Source: Eledone cirrhosa (Eukaryota). Taken from it: 64,000 bases of DNA. The stretch spans positions 350,176,001 to 350,240,000 of the forward strand of contig OZ024743.1 in NCBI GenBank assembly GCA_964016885.1, written 5' to 3'. The notes under the pieces are model-generated. The model saw only the letters and a program-made list of their open reading frames with translations, did no database searches and had not been told where the DNA came from. A program made the position numbers and the translations under genes. Below, piece by piece: positions 13,875 through 28,470 of the stretch (the stretch's first letter is position 1; each line of letters starts with the position of its first letter).

Positions 13875-16800
13875 TGTGAATACTGAGATAAATAATACCT
13901 GGAACAGAGATACGGCCACTGAGGAGATGAATGCTGACGGGCTAGGACAAGATTCGGTTGACATCCTAAATTTAGTGGTAGATTAATTGAACAATGATAG
14001 TGGGAGACCTATGAACCTAAGATTTGTAGACAGGAAAAAGTTAAAAGAAACAACAGCTAAGGTAAACAAAGTCATCCCATACCTTGAGGCGAGGAGCCTT
14101 CACCAGTGCAACAATATCCTCAAAGCAACAGCAAATACGGTGAGGAAACTACTTGGTATAAAAGCGAGAGGAAACAACAGACAAGAAAGAGCAGAGCCTT
14201 GGTGGAAGAAACGACTGAGTGGTCAAATCAAGGAAATGAGAAATGACATAGGAAAGCTTGAGTCACTACAGAATGGGACACTAAAAAACATAGGCACTAA
14301 AAATAGACTGGAAATAAAGTACAAAACTAGGAGGAAAAAGCTAAATATTATCATAGAGGAACTGAAGCAACGCATTGTAGCAAAGAGTGCAAAAATCAGG
14401 CGATACGAGAACAGAGTCAGTCAGTATAAACAGAACCGCATGTTCGACAACAACCAGAAGATGCTGTTTGGACAGCTTGAGGGGAAAGAAAGAGGCAACG
14501 ACTTAATCCCTGAGGCGGAACAAACTAAAACATTCTGGAGAGGAATATGGGAGCAGGATGTTAGACATAATGACCAGGCAGGGTGGATTGAGACAGTACA
14601 GAGGGAGATCGGTGAGCAGGCACACCAACAAACTGATTTGAGTATCACAGTTGAAACTCTTAAGGGGCAGGCAAAAAAACTAACCAACTGGAAATCACCA
14701 GGCCCAGATGGTATGCAGGGGTATTGGATTAAAAATTTAACATCCCTCCACCCGAAACTGACGGCCATGTTCAATGACTGCTTGGTGTCGGGTGAGGTGC
14801 CAGAGTGGTTGACAAAAGGTACCACAGTTCTGATAATGAAAGACCGAATCAAGGGTAATGATGTTACCAACTATAGACCTATCACATGTCTGTCCGTAAT
14901 GTGGAAACTGTTGACGAGCATTGTGTCTGAGGAAATCTACCATCACCTCCACACAAACAACTTGTTACCGGACGAACAGAAAGGATGCCGAAAGAAGTCA
15001 CGTGGTACAAAGGACCAGTTACTTATTGATAAGATGGTAATGGGGAATTGCAGGAGGAGACACACTGATCTTGCCATGGGATGGATAGACTACAGAAAGG
15101 CATTTGACATGGTGCCTCACTCTTGGATCACCAAAAGCCTGGAGATCTTCAAGGTGGCAGATAACATCAGACAGTTGCTGGGCAGGAGTATGGGGTCCTG
15201 GGAGACAGAGTTGACATCAACTGGAGAATCCTTGGGAAGCGTGAAGATCAAGAGAGGTATCTTCCAGGGAGATAGCCTGTCCCCTCTGTTGTTTGTCCTT
15301 GTCCTGATGCCCTTGACCATTATGCTGCGAAAAGTGAGAGCAGGATACAAGTTGGGAAAGGGAGAGCTTACCATCAATCACCTCCTCTTCATGGACGATC
15401 TTAAGCTCTTCGGGAAGAGTGAGAAGGAGTTGGATGTGCTTGTTGACACTGTCCGTATTTTTAGCAGTGATATATGTATGCAGTTTGGTATTAGTAAGTG
15501 TGGAGTCATTGTGATGAGGAGGGGTAGGTTGAGCAGAAGTAACGGAATCCAGATACCAACAGGTGAGATGATAAAGGAAATTGACTCTGAGGAAGGATAC
15601 AAGTATTTGGGCGTTCTGGAGGCTGATGGCATAAAGAACAAAAAAATGAAGGAATTGTTAAGAACTGAATATATTCGGAGAGTAAGGAGCGTATTGAAGT
15701 CACATCTGAACAGCAGAAATGCCATAAGCGCAGTAAATTCCCGAGCTGTGTCTATTATTAGGTACGGTGCGGGAATTCTGAGATGGAATGTTGCTGAACA
15801 AAAAGAAATGGATAGGAAGACTAGGAAGCTATTGACTATCTATAACATGTTCCACAAGAGGAGTGATGTCGATAGACTCTACCTAAGGAGATCTGAGGGT
15901 GGAAGAGGTCTTATCAGCATAGAGGACTGTGTTCAGATGGAGAAAAACAACCTATACAAATACGTGACTGATAATAAGGAGCCAATGCTCAGAACTGTAC
16001 TGAAGGAGGGGACAGTAGGCCAGGGGATGTCCAAGGAGGAAATAACATCAAGGAGAAAGAGCAGCCTTCAGGGAAAATCCCTTCATAGTATCTTCTTTGA
16101 GAAAACTGAATTTAGAGATCCACAGACATGGAACTGGTTGAGAAGAGGAGACCTCAAAAAGGCTACAGAAGGAATGATAATGGCTGCGCAGGAGCAGGCC
16201 CTCAAAACGAAGTGGTTGAAACACCATATTTACAAGGAGGAGGCTAGCCCACTGTGCAGCATCTGTGGAGAGAGAGAGGAGACTGTGGCTTACATTGTAT
16301 CCGAGTGTAAACACCTAACCCAGACCCACTATAAGGGCTGGAAACATGATGTGATGGGCAGGGTGATCCACTGGCACCTGTGCAAAGTAAATAATTTACC
16401 ACATTCTGAGAAATGGTATGAGCATAGGCCAGAGGCGGTGATGGAGAACGATCAGGTGCAGGTGCTGTGGGATTTTAGGATACAGACGGACAAGAAACTG
16501 GAACACAATAGACCTGACCTGGTGGTTGTGGACAAAGAAAAAAGAGCGTGTCTGATTGTGGATGTGGCCTGCCCATTCGACACGAGAGTGCAAGAGAAGG
16601 AGAGGGAGAAAATTAACCGATACCAGGACTTAAAGTGGGAGGTAAAAAGGATTTGGAACTGCCATAAAGTCAAAGTGATCCCGATTGTCATAGGCGCACT
16701 GGGGACTATCTCCAAAAGTTTCCAGGGATGGTTAAAGAAAATCGGCCCCTTCACGCTTTTTGGAACGCTTCAAAAGGCATGCTTGCTGGGAACAGCAAGA

Positions 16801-16900
16801 ACCCTCCGATACGTCCTGAATATCTGAGGCTGCAGGTAGTGGCTTGATATTCATTCCAACGAACTTTCCAGTTAACCAACATCAATGACTGAGATTCAAG

Positions 16901-16901
<1 letters not shown>
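13875..16901 (+). mobile_element. R4/Dong-clade non-LTR retrotransposon, family A (RT plus restriction-like endonuclease), 5'-truncated, 946-aa ORF 13987..16827
   Basis: RT motifs YRPITCL, QGDSLSP, FMDD; RLE RPD-x12-D-x-K motif; (TAA)n tail. Probably dead: in-frame TAA at 13984, CCHC His changed to Tyr (ETVAYIVSEC), RHD changed to KHD. Confidence 0.93.
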
Positions 16902-16952
<51 letters not shown>

Positions 16953-16954
<2 letters not shown>

Positions 16955-18158
16955 GAATATATCTCCCTAGGAAAGAAGGAGGACGTGGGTTAATCCAGTT
17001 AGACATTGCGTTGAAAACTGCAACAATTGGATTATCCACATATCTAAGGGAATCACATGATTGGATGATCAAACTCGTTTTGAAACACGAAAGCACCAAA
17101 AGATCATATTCCATTACAAAAGATGCACAAAGATACAGTAATGGACTACAAATTTCAGAAGTCCCATTTACTGCTGAAATGGAAAACACAGAAAAAGCAA
17201 AGCAGGTAAAAGTAACTGCAAAGAAAGAACTGCTACAGAAACTGGCTAAGAAATGGCAAGAAAAGCCTCTGTATGGAAAATACCCAGAGCGAGCTAACAA
17301 TCCTGATGTTGACAAAACTTTAACCCATCAGTGGTTGGCATCCTCTGGACTGAAATCGGAGACTGAAGGACTGATTATATCGGCACAAGATCAGTGTCTG
17401 CCAACAAAAAATTACCAAGCCAACATAATAAAAAATGGGTGCAGCCCATTATGCCGTGTATGCAAAAAACAACCAGAGACCATTGACCATATAATTTCAA
17501 TGTGCAGTCCTATAGCTCCAACCGAATACCTAAACAGGCATGACAGAGCTGCACAATACATACATTGGATAATGTGTAAGCATTTTGACCTGCCCCATCA
17601 AAAGAATTGGTGGGAGCATCAACCACCTCCTATACTTGAAAAAGATCACATCTCAATCTTGTGGAACTTTAGCATCCAAACAGACCGAAAAATAGATGCA
17701 AATAGACCTGATATAATATTGAAGGACTTTCAAAGGAGGGTATGCCTGCTAATTGATATGTCTGTTCCAATAGACAAGAATGTATCTATAAAAACATTTG
17801 AAAAATTGAGCAAGTATAAGGACCTGGAGATAGAAATTGGAAAAATGTGGAAATTGAGAACTAAAACAATACCAGTGGTTGTAGGCGCTCTGGGAATGAT
17901 ACCTAAGGGGTCTAACGACTACTTATCGCAAATCCCAGGAAACCCGCGTATAGGAGAAATACAAAAGATAGTACTAATGGGAACAGCCCATATACTAAGG
18001 AAGATCCTGTCAATATAAGTACATCACAAGTCTAAACACTAAGGATGCATGTGTGAATATGTGTGTTCTTTCTTGAACATGGCGGACCTTGTTGTCTCTT
18101 GAGGTCACTGGTTGTGACTTGGTGATAACTCGTATAAACATAAAGCAAGATAAATGCA

Positions 18159-18160
<2 letters not shown>
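16953..18160 (+). mobile_element. R4/Dong family B, 5'-truncated copy (CCHC plus RLE and 3' UTR)
   Basis: CRVC-x8-H-x4-C, RHD, RPD..D..K; bounded by (TAA)n on both sides. Confidence 0.92.
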
Positions 18161-18203
<43 letters not shown>

Positions 18204-18207
<4 letters not shown>

Positions 18208-18416
18208 TTTAGAGAAATACAAAAGATAGTACTAATGGGAACTGCCCATATACTAAGGAAGATCCTGTCAATATAAGTACATCACAAGTCTAAACACTAA
18301 GGATGCATGTGTGAATATGTGTGTTCTTTCTTGAACATGGCGGACCTTGTTGTCTCTTGAGGTCACTGGTTGTGACTTGGTGATAACTCGTATAAACATA
18401 AAGCAAGATAAATGCA

Positions 18417-18418
<2 letters not shown>
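18204..18418 (+). mobile_element. R4/Dong family B, about 210-bp 3'-end copy
   Basis: Nearly identical to 17954..18160; between two (TAA)n tracts. Confidence 0.9.
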
Positions 18419-18451
<33 letters not shown>

Positions 18452-18455
<4 letters not shown>

Positions 18456-20437
18456 GCATTCGATAGTTTGCCACACAGTTGGATTGAAAAATGTTTAGAG
18501 ATTTTCAAATTATCCCCCGTTGTCAGGAGGTTTTTGTCATTCAGTATGAAGACATGGAAAACGACACTCCTTTTGAATAGTGAAACAAAATCACTGGAAG
18601 CTGGAGAAGTAAATATTAATTGTGGAATTTTTCAGGGTGACTCTTTATCACCGCTTTTATTCTGCATCGCACTTATACCATTAAGTAAAATGTTCAATGA
18701 AACAAAACATGGATATAAAGTCTATGACAAAACCATTAATCACCTGTTCTACATGGATGACCTGAAACTATTTGCAAAAAATGATGAACAATTGCAAGGG
18801 CTATTATCCACTGTGAAGCAGTTCAGTGATGACATTAAAATGGAGTTTGGACTAGATAAATGCGCCAAAGCAACGTTCACCAGAGGAAAGCTGCTGAAGA
18901 GTTCAGACATTAATCTTGATCGGGGGAACGTGATAAGAGAACTTGATCAAGAAAAAACTTACAAATATCTAGGTGTTTGTGAAGGAAACGGAATCAAGCA
19001 CTCGACAATGAGGGAAAGGATAAGGAAGGAATGTTACCGCAGAGTAAGAGCAATCTTAAGAACGGAATTGAATGCAAGGAATAGGATCGATGCCATAAAC
19101 ACGCTTGCCATACCAGTAGTAACCTAGTTACAATGTCATCAACTGGTCAAGCACAGAGATCCGTAGGCTCGATACAAAAATTCGAAAATTCTTAACCACG
19201 CACAGAATGCATCACCCTAAGGCAGATATAGATAGAATATATCTCCCTAGGAAAGAAGGAGGACGTGGGTTAAACAAGTTAGACATTGCGTTGAAAACTG
19301 CAACAATTGGATTATCTACATATCTAAGGGAATCACATGATTGGATGATCAAACTCGTTTTGAAACACGAAAGCATCAAAAGATCATATTCCATTACAAA
19401 AGATGCACAAAGATACAGTAATGGACTACAAATTTCAGAAGTCCCATTTACTGCTGAAATGGAAAACACAGAAAAAGCAAAGCAGGTAAAAGTAACTGCA
19501 AAGAAAGAACTGCTACAGAAACTGGCTAAGAAATGGCAAGAAAAGCCTCTGTATGGAAAATACCCAGAGCGAGCTAACAATCCTGATGTTGACAAAACTT
19601 TAACCCATCAGTGGTTGGCATCCTCTGGACTGAAATCGGAGACTGAAGGACTGATTATATCGGCACAAGATCAGTGTCTGCCAACAAAAAATTACCAAGC
19701 CAACATAATAAAAAATGGGTGCAGCCCATTATGCCGTGTATGCAAAAAACAACCAGAGACCATTGACCATATAATTTCAATGTGCAGTCCTATAGCTCCA
19801 ACCGAATACCTAAACAGGCATGACAGAGCTGCACAATACATACATTGGATAATGTGTAAGCATTTTGACCTGCCCCATCAAAAGAATTGGTGGGAGCATC
19901 AACCACCTCCCATACTTGAAAAAGATCACATCTCAATCTTGTGGAACTTTAGCATCCAAACAGACCAAAAAATAGATGCAAATAGACCTGATATAATATT
20001 GAAGGACTTTCAAAAGAGGGTATGCCTGCTAATTGATATGTCTGTTCCAATAGACAAGAATGTATCTATAAAAACATTTGAAAAATTGAGCAAGTATAAG
20101 GACCTGGAGATAGAAATTGGAAAAATGTGGAAATTGAGAACTAAAACAATACCAGTGGTTGTAGGCGCTCTGGGAATGATACCTAAGGGGTCTAATGACT
20201 ACTTATCGCAAATCCCAGGAAACCCGCGTATAGGAGAAATACAAAAGATAGTACTAATGGGAACTGCCCATATACTAAGGAAGATTCTGTCAATATAAGT
20301 ACATCACAAGTCTAAACACTAAAGATGCATGTGTGTGTATGTATGTTCTTTCTTGAACATGGCGGACCTTGTTGTCTCTTGAGGTCACTGGTTGTGACTT
20401 GGTGATAACTCGTATGAACATAAACAAGATAAATGCA
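18452..20437 (+). mobile_element. R4/Dong family B, 5'-truncated copy starting inside RT, frameshift near 19125
   Basis: ORFs 18468..19127 (QGDSLSP, YMDD) and 19207..20298 (RLE); (TAA)n on both sides. Confidence 0.92.
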
Positions 20438-21049
20438 ATAATAATAATAATAATCTCCCACCACCACATTCAATACCACTTCCTCACACATTCACACCAG
20501 TAAATCCCCAATCTATTTTTAGACTACTGTCACTGACTGCTACCTACCCCCCTTCTCAGTGTCTAATGTGTGGATATATATATATATATAGTGTATATAC
20601 ATACGTGTGTATAAGTATGCACGTGTGAATGTATATTTATGTATGTGTATGGAGCCCACATAAAGGACAAAACAAAGGGGAAGAAAAAAAAAAGAATACT
20701 GGCACCCCATATACACTTCAAACTCAAAATAGACAGAAAATAACATCGGAGAAGCAACTCCTATAAGCTACAATGTCACCCTACCCACTATCACTCCCAG
20801 CACCCCCACCTCCAGCATTAATCTCCCTGCCACCACCACCAACACCACTCACAGAGAAAATTCTCGTACATCTCTTACAGCTGCAACCATAACAATATCA
20901 CCTCAATCAACAACAGCAATGACCATAACTATACTCTTATAATAGTAATAATGATCTCAGTGCCAGCCGTCAAATGCACTAACCAAAGAGCCGGGCAACT
21001 TTCCATGTACGTCCAATACCATGCGTAACGCAAGCATGTACTGCGAGAT

Positions 21050-24000
21050 GAACAAATAAAAATTAATACACAATACCAAATCGCTTTTCCGATGTTTAAT
21101 CTGGAAGCGCGTCCCTCAGGAAGGTGCCAACCTCTGGCACAAACTCTTCTCTAGTTATGGACCTGGATGGTCACTTGATCGGGGATTGCCCCAACTCGAA
21201 CTCTCCAGATCCACCACCCAAACCACCTCAAAAGGTAAAACCTAAACGGATGAAATCGGCCCGAGAAGAGTATAAAGAAGTAATATATCCATATTACTTT
21301 GTATTAGGTAAGCCATCACAAGACAGACACACTTTAAACTCCTATAAAATCTGGAAAATCGGAATCAAGCTAGCAGACGTGATATGGGTGGAAATAAGTT
21401 GGCAAATGTAAGGAGGTATATCTTCATAAATAATAGACTCCCAGACACTGAACTAACTGCGATCAAGCAGGCTGTGGAGAATGACATAAATATAAATGAT
21501 GAAAGAACAGAAGAATCTCCTGGAGATAGTAACCAGTCACAAGTCTTTACTAAAAGACCTCCATCTGACCAAATCACAAATAGGTTTGTAGAAATGAGAA
21601 TCCCTATTGAACCCGCTGAAAATAGCCAGGAGAGGGACTTAGAAACAGTAATTGAAAACCAAACATCTGCTGAAGAACACAGGGAGACTATGAAGGAATT
21701 AAAGCAAAAAATACTGAATGAGCTTGCAGTAGTAAGACATTCTATTATAAATGATAGAGAACCACTTCAAAACCTCCCAAATACAATCCAAAATAGAAAG
21801 CAAATAATGATTGGTAAATCTGTGACAAAAGAAATCATAGAATAACTAGAACCTGATCTTACTGAGTTAAATGAAATCATTTATGCATCTGCTAGAGTAA
21901 TTGAAACAAGTTGTTTACCACAAAAAAAAGAAAGTCGAAACTTCGCGGTAAACCAATTTGGAGGAGTAGAATCGAAAAGGAGATTGACGTAATGAGAGGA
22001 GAATATCTTTATTGAGTGAGTTAACCGCTGGAAATGATATAAGATCCAAGAAATTAAGAAAGCTAAAGAGACAATATGAACCGTTTTCTAGAGAAGCAAT
22101 AGTTTCAACAAAAGAATCTCTGAAACAAAAAGTCCAAAAGCCCACGAATTCGTAGCTTCGAGAAGCGAAACAACTTCTACAGGCAAAATAAGTCATTTTA
22201 TAGAGAAGTAGGGAAGAAAAAATAATTATTGAAGAAAAAAATTAAAGAAAAAAATAGAAGTTGAAAACTTCTGGAATAAGATTTGGAGTGATAAGACATA
22301 TAATGCGAATGTAGAGTGGATTAGTCACCTGGAAAAATCCTACACAAATTTAGAAGAACAGGCGTGGGAAGACATCTCTATAGCGGACTTAAGGACAGCA
22401 CTCAATAAATCTCATAAATGGAAATCTCCTGGTAGAGACAGGGTGCCAAATTTCTGGCTTTCCTCACTCACTCCCGTGCACTCACAATATATTCGTCAAG
22501 CTCTTTAATGGAATTATGAAGGATCCAAAAATACACCTGATTGGATAGCAAATGGCATTACCTACCTTCTACCAAAGAACAACGAAACCAAAGATCAAAA
22601 AAACTATCGGCCCATAACCTGCTTATCCACCACTTATAAACTATTAACCTCTATTCTCATGGAAAAAGCATACGTGTTTTTGGAGATGAACAATCTTTTC
22701 CCCATTGAACAAAAAGGGTGCCGACGAGGTTCATATGGTTGCCAAGATCAACTTTTGATTAATCGTGTGATCCTTGAGAACTGTCATAATAAACACAGAA
22801 ATCTCAGTTCTGCAAGGATCGATTATAAAAAAGCCTTTGACAGCATACCACACTCATGGATTCTGAAATTACTGGACATCTTCAAAAATCTCACCTGTGA
22901 TCTCAAACTTCCTGAAACACAATATTTAAATTATGGAACACACATCTCCAATTGTGTCATCCCACTTGGGTACTGTTCTCTAGGAATATAAACATCAACT
23001 GTGGTATATTCCAGGGTGACTCACTTTCACCCTTGATTTTCTGCATATACCCCTTACATCCGAACTTAATAAAACAGGGTACGGTTATAGAATTGACAAA
23101 AAAAAAATAAGCCAGCTATTTTATATGCATGATTTGAAGGTATAGTGCAAAGATAATGACGAACTTGAAGGCCTTTGCGGACAGTAAAAACGTTTAGGGA
23201 TGAAATCAGGATGGAGTTTGGACTTGACAAGTGTGCAAAAGCCTCTGCCAAGAAGGGGAGGCTTGTCAACTCAGACTCAGTTGAATTGGATGCTAAAACA
23301 ATCATAAAGGAACTTGAGCAGGAACAAACCTATAAATACTTAGGGATTAATGAGGGTTCTGGCATACAGCATGCAAGTATGAAAGAGAGGATAAGGAAAT
23401 AATGTTACAGGTGAGTACGTGCAGTTCTGAGATCAGAACTAAACGCTCGTAACAAGGTGCTAGCCATAAATTCCTTGGCAGTCCCAGTTGTCACTTATAG
23501 CTTCGGTGGTGTGTTGAACTGGAATATGAGTGAAATCAAAAGAATCGACACCAAAGTCTGTAAGCTACTGACCTGTAATAGGATGCACCACCCAAAAGCA
23601 GATGTGGATCGTCTTTACCTTCCTAGAACTCAAGGAGGCCGTGGCCTGATCCAATTTGAACTTGCTTACAAGACCACCATCATTGGACTGGCCAAATAAC
23701 TTGAAACAACTAACGACTGTATGCTGAAACTTGTTGGAAACCATGAGAAATGTAAGAAGCTTCATTCTATCTTGAAGAAGAGCAAAAATTATGCTACTGA
23801 TCTCATGCTTGATACCCAGGCTGGACAGACTAAAGAAACTGTTGCAACTGATCCTGCTAGGCACATAAAATCACTGGCAAAAGCAAAACGGCAAGGACAA
23901 TTAGCATCAAAGTGGGAGCAGAAACCTCTGCATGGCAAATATCTGGCCCGTAGCAAACATGATGATGTTGACCAAAAGCACACCCATCAGTAGCTACGTA

Positions 24001-24870
24001 GTTCAGGGCTAAAGGCGGAGAGTGAAGGCTTCATCTTAGCTGCCTAATATCAAAGCTTATTGATTCGTAATTACCAGGCCAATGTGATGAGAAACGGAAT
24101 AAACCCAAAGTGCCGATTCTGCAATGCTGAGGTTGAAACAGTTGATCACTTAGTCTCTGGATGTAAAGTTTTAGCACCAGTAGAATACAAATATAGACAT
24201 GACAGAGTTGGCCAATATCTACACTGGGTAATATGTCGGCATTACAAAATAAAATTTGAAGACAAGTGGTACAATCATCACCCTGAGGCTGTAACTGAAG
24301 GAGAAAAAGTAACACTTCTCTGGGACAGGACCCAAATAGACCTGACATTATTGTAAAAGATCAACATAACAAGGTCTGTTTATTGATAGATATGAGCATC
24401 CCATGTGATCACAATATCGCGGCAAAAGAATTTGTAAAGCTACGAAAATATAAAGATCTGCTTATTGAAATTGAGAAAATGTGGCACCTCAAGGCCGTTA
24501 CAATACCAGTGGTTGTGGGAGGACTGGGAATGATCAAGAAAGGAACAGAACAATATTTGCGAATGATTCCTGGTTTACCCTCTCTGCACGAGGTGCAAAA
24601 AAATGTTTTTGACTGGTACTGCACACGTATTGAGAAGAGCACTATCTCTGTAAGATTGATACCCCTCCTTGTATTTACATATGCATATGCACATGTGTAT
24701 ATATGTATACTATTTTTTTTTTTTGTTATTTTTTATTATAATCAATGTGCTGTATTAACTGGCTTACCAATGCACACAGTGAATTTATTTGCCTTAGGTG
24801 TCAGTAACGTATTACCATATGAGACAGAATCATACTCGAGACACCAGACAACCTTTGGTTTCTATTTCTA
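21050..24870 (+). mobile_element. R4/Dong family C, near full-length and degenerate (many stops and frameshifts)
   Basis: Fragments EQKGCRRGSYGC, DYKKAFDS, QGDSLSP, RMHHPKADVDRLY, CRFC..ETVDHLVSGC, RHD, KYKDL; both ends approximate. Confidence 0.85.
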
Positions 24871-24971
24871 AAGAGTATATCTATTTATCAGAGTTACGTA
24901 ATGCAAGGGTTTTCAGATATTAGTAAATGTAATTCTTTTTAAAATATATTTCAGTATAAATTATACCTTAC

Positions 24972-25091
24972 CTGTACATGTATTATTTGTTGTTGGATCA
25001 AGTTCATAAAATTTGGGGCATTGACAGGCAGCTATTTCATCATTGACATCGCAAGCAAATGAGCAGTTCAATTGCTCGCATTTATTGAAAG
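24972..25091 (-). CDS. Exon: EGF-like (SFNKCEQLNCSFAC...CQCPKFYEL...CT)
   Basis: Six cysteines; tcatag acceptor, gtaagg donor; 120 nt. Confidence 0.9.
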
Positions 25092-25369
25092 CTATGAAAT
25101 AAAAAATTTCATGTGTCAATATATAAAATATATATAAATATATGAATATATATGTATGTGTGCTTGTATGTGTGTGCATGTGTGTATATAATACATACTT
25201 ATACATACATATGCACATATATGTATACATTTTTATCGCATTCTATTCATTACATATTGCTCACATGCAATGTCTAAGGCAGCGACAATACGTATTCCAT
25301 TCAGTTATCTCAGTTTAATGATTCATTTATTTAACTAAATATCTGGAAATGATTAATTAATTTTATTAC

Positions 25370-25504
25370 ATTTTTGTTTGATGCAGCTCTTGCGATCTAT
25401 ATCCAATGTGTAACCAGTGAAACATTCACATTGAACAGAACCAATTGTGTTCACACATTTCTGTTCGCAATCGTTGGCGGCATTATTTTTGCATTCATTG
25501 ACAT
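25370..25504 (-). CDS. Exon: calcium-binding EGF ([32 protein letters not shown]...KSCIKQK)
   Basis: cbEGF consensus; cttcag acceptor, gtaata donor (weaker); 135 nt. Confidence 0.88.
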
Positions 25505-26104
25505 CTGAAGTAAAATTTAAATAGGGAAAATAGGTAAATCATGAAATATATGTATACAGTTGCTCTTTTACATATCAATTTGGCGCACAATTTTAATATG
25601 AATATATTTCATATATAAATATTCAACAATACTGATAGTGACCTCATGACAATATTAATCCTGATTCTAAACATTCAGTATGAGCTACCTTATGCCCTGT
25701 CTCCATTTTTCATATCGGTATCTCAGAGGGAACGAGAGAAAGATGTTGGAAGATCTATCTCAAACCATGTTATCTTTAAAATTAACATTTTATCCTACAT
25801 TTATCTGTCAACAAATATAGTTTATTATAATCAAACATATGTAACTTGTTTGTTAAGTTTCATATGCTGCATGCTTTCTAATTAAACCCTGTTTTATCGG
25901 TGCATAGAAATTCTTTGGGTAAATACCATATTTTTAATACCGGTACAAATGGAACGTTTATGTTATTAGGAGCTGCCATGCAGGTTACAAATCACTAAGT
26001 GACTATCTGAAATCCCTATATATATATTATAACCGATGATGTGGAGTCTATTGTATCTATACAAGACATATACTTAAAATATCGAACAATGTTGAGTATA
26101 TATT

Positions 26105-26288
26105 AATAATTGTTTCTACTATTGGCACAAGGCCAGCAATTACTCAGTACATTACTGGTATTTTATTTTATCGACCCCGTAAGGATGAAAGGCAAAGTTA
26201 ACCTCGGCGGGATTTGAACTCAGAATGGCAAGAGCCGTAACTCTATGCGTCAAAGCATGGAGTTCGACCCTCTACCGATACCTCCAAT
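26105..26288 (-). mobile_element. SINE family 1
   Basis: Same core and tail. Confidence 0.8.
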
Positions 26289-26914
26289 ATCAGACTGATA
26301 CACCCAATGTGCTTCCTTACGGATAACCCTGACGTATATTGAAAATGTACTCCGACAGATGTTTTGTTATTGTGAACCGAACATTAACTACTTTTTTATC
26401 TTCTACTAGTTAACATTTCCAGGGTAAATGATATCATTATAAATGACATCCATCTGTTTTACCAGTTGTTACAACAAAAACCGTTTTACCAGTGAAGTTG
26501 CGTAAACATTTATAAAGGTGAATTCGTTCTACCATTTTACTTTCTATGACATATCATATTTCACATATTGTTGGTGTGTGTGTGTGTAGTGTTTCTCGTT
26601 TATTTAAACTAAGCATCACTTTTTAACATATTTTAAATAGAGTTTATTACATTATGTTTGTATATCACAATGTCATAAGTCGTATATGGAAATGATCTAA
26701 ATCTAAGATTTACGTTTGAGTGGTCGGAAATAAATCAGCATATTTATGACATTTTCTTCCAAACAACACTAAAACATTTACAAAGGTATTATATCTAAAA
26801 CCTCCTTCCATCTGTTGTAAACATTGTAACATTTTAGACATAGAAAATAAAATTTAATTCACATAATCTACATAAGGCTATATAAAGAACGATGCAAAAG
26901 CGGATCTACCTTAC

Positions 26915-27037
26915 CGACACAAGTAGTTGTAGTTTCATTAAATGTATATCCATTATAACATTCACAGGAATAATTTCCGAGAAAGTTCGTACAATTTTGT
27001 GGGCAGACTCTATTTTCCAGCTGACATTCATCAATAT
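26915..27037 (-). CDS. Exon: calcium-binding EGF (DIDECQLENRVCPQNCTNFLGNYSCECYNGY...)
   Basis: Not in the ORF track. cbEGF consensus; ttgtag acceptor, gtaagg donor; 123 nt. Confidence 0.92.
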
Positions 27038-27866
27038 CTACAAAACATTGTTTAATTAATTAATACAATTAACATAGCAACATATAAGCATGCAATACTA
27101 GAATATCAAATGGAATTAGAGACGGTTGAATCCCCATTAAAATATTTCGATTTGAGGGAAGTTAAAGCTGTGAGCACTTGATTGTATTTTTCAAAGTGTG
27201 TTACCCCCACTCCCTGCACAAGGCAAATAACTGTATCTGTAATATTCAACAATTGTGTCTGTCCCATTTATTCTTGTATGAATATTAGCTTCAAATTCTG
27301 CATTTAATACTTGTTCTCGGTCATGAAAGAATTCCACTTAAGAAACAACACTGGAAACATAAACCATTACAGTCATCAAAGTATGAGAAAATATCTATAT
27401 GAAAAATAAAACAGTATATTCAGAAATAAGGTTGGGCAGATTACGATGAACTGTAATTTATATAACATTCTTTCATGTGAGGAAAATATTGAGGAAGAAT
27501 TTTTGACTCGAGTGGAGTCGTTCGTAATGTGTATATCGTCTCAAAACCATGGCACACTCGCAATTTATGATAAAATTTCAGATGACCTCACATGTAGGTT
27601 CTCATTTTAATGTTTATTTACATAGTATTTACCATTTAAATATCGTTATCTATTAGATTTTCCTTGAGTATATATTGAACTTTATACGTTCAGATCTGGT
27701 AAGGAATCGATTTTATTGTAGACATCGCAATTCAGAATAGATAATTACTGTATAATAACATTATATACCAAATTGTTTTAATAGGCAGTTTCAATATAAT
27801 TAAATTTGTTTGAAAATATATGTGTAAAATGATAAGCCCATATACGGTTTCAAAAGGAGTACTCAC

Positions 27867-28115
27867 CTACGCAATCCTTTTCGTTTCTTGTGTAACCATC
27901 TTGGCACTTGCACTCATAAGATCCATTTTTGTTTACACAAGTCTCACTTTCAGCGCAGATACTTACATTTTTACATTCGTCAATATCAATATCACACTTT
28001 ATACCTTTCCACCCATTACTGCAGATACATCCATGTACCTTATCACATCTTTCATATTGTACACATAAGCTACAATTTTTTGTGCAGTTCATACCGAAAT
28101 AATTTTCATCACAGT
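27867..28115 (-). CDS. Exon: laminin-type/EGF plus cbEGF (DCDENYFGMNCTKNC...DIDECKN...CQDGY...CV)
   Basis: ORF 27850..28122; tgatag acceptor, gtgagt donor; 249 nt. Confidence 0.93.
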
Positions 28116-28470
28116 CTATCAAAAACAGAAATATAAAATGTTACGCTCATAAATAGATAATATACAGACAGACAATAAAGAATAAAATTCAATTAATTCA
28201 ATTAAATAATTGTTTTAAGTAAAGATTTATATAACTTCAATAGAAGAGATGTGCAAAGAAGGTTGACAGAAAAGTGTATGAGGAACACAACGGGAACTCT
28301 ATCGCAAGAACATAAGTAATGGAACACAATTTAAAACATGATACAGAAATAATACAATAACAACAAGACAACTTAGCCTAAATAAAACATTTGTGCGACA
28401 AAATATCTGTATACATACTGTATTTTTAAAAGTACCACAAATCAATACGTTTTACCAATTATAAACTTAC

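Noticed and set aside
14421-16754. Antisense ORFs within LINEs
   Set aside because: Shadow frames of RT coding sequence
13987-16827. 946-aa ORF as an active or host gene
   Set aside because: 5'-truncated retrotransposon with an upstream in-frame stop and a mutated CCHC histidine
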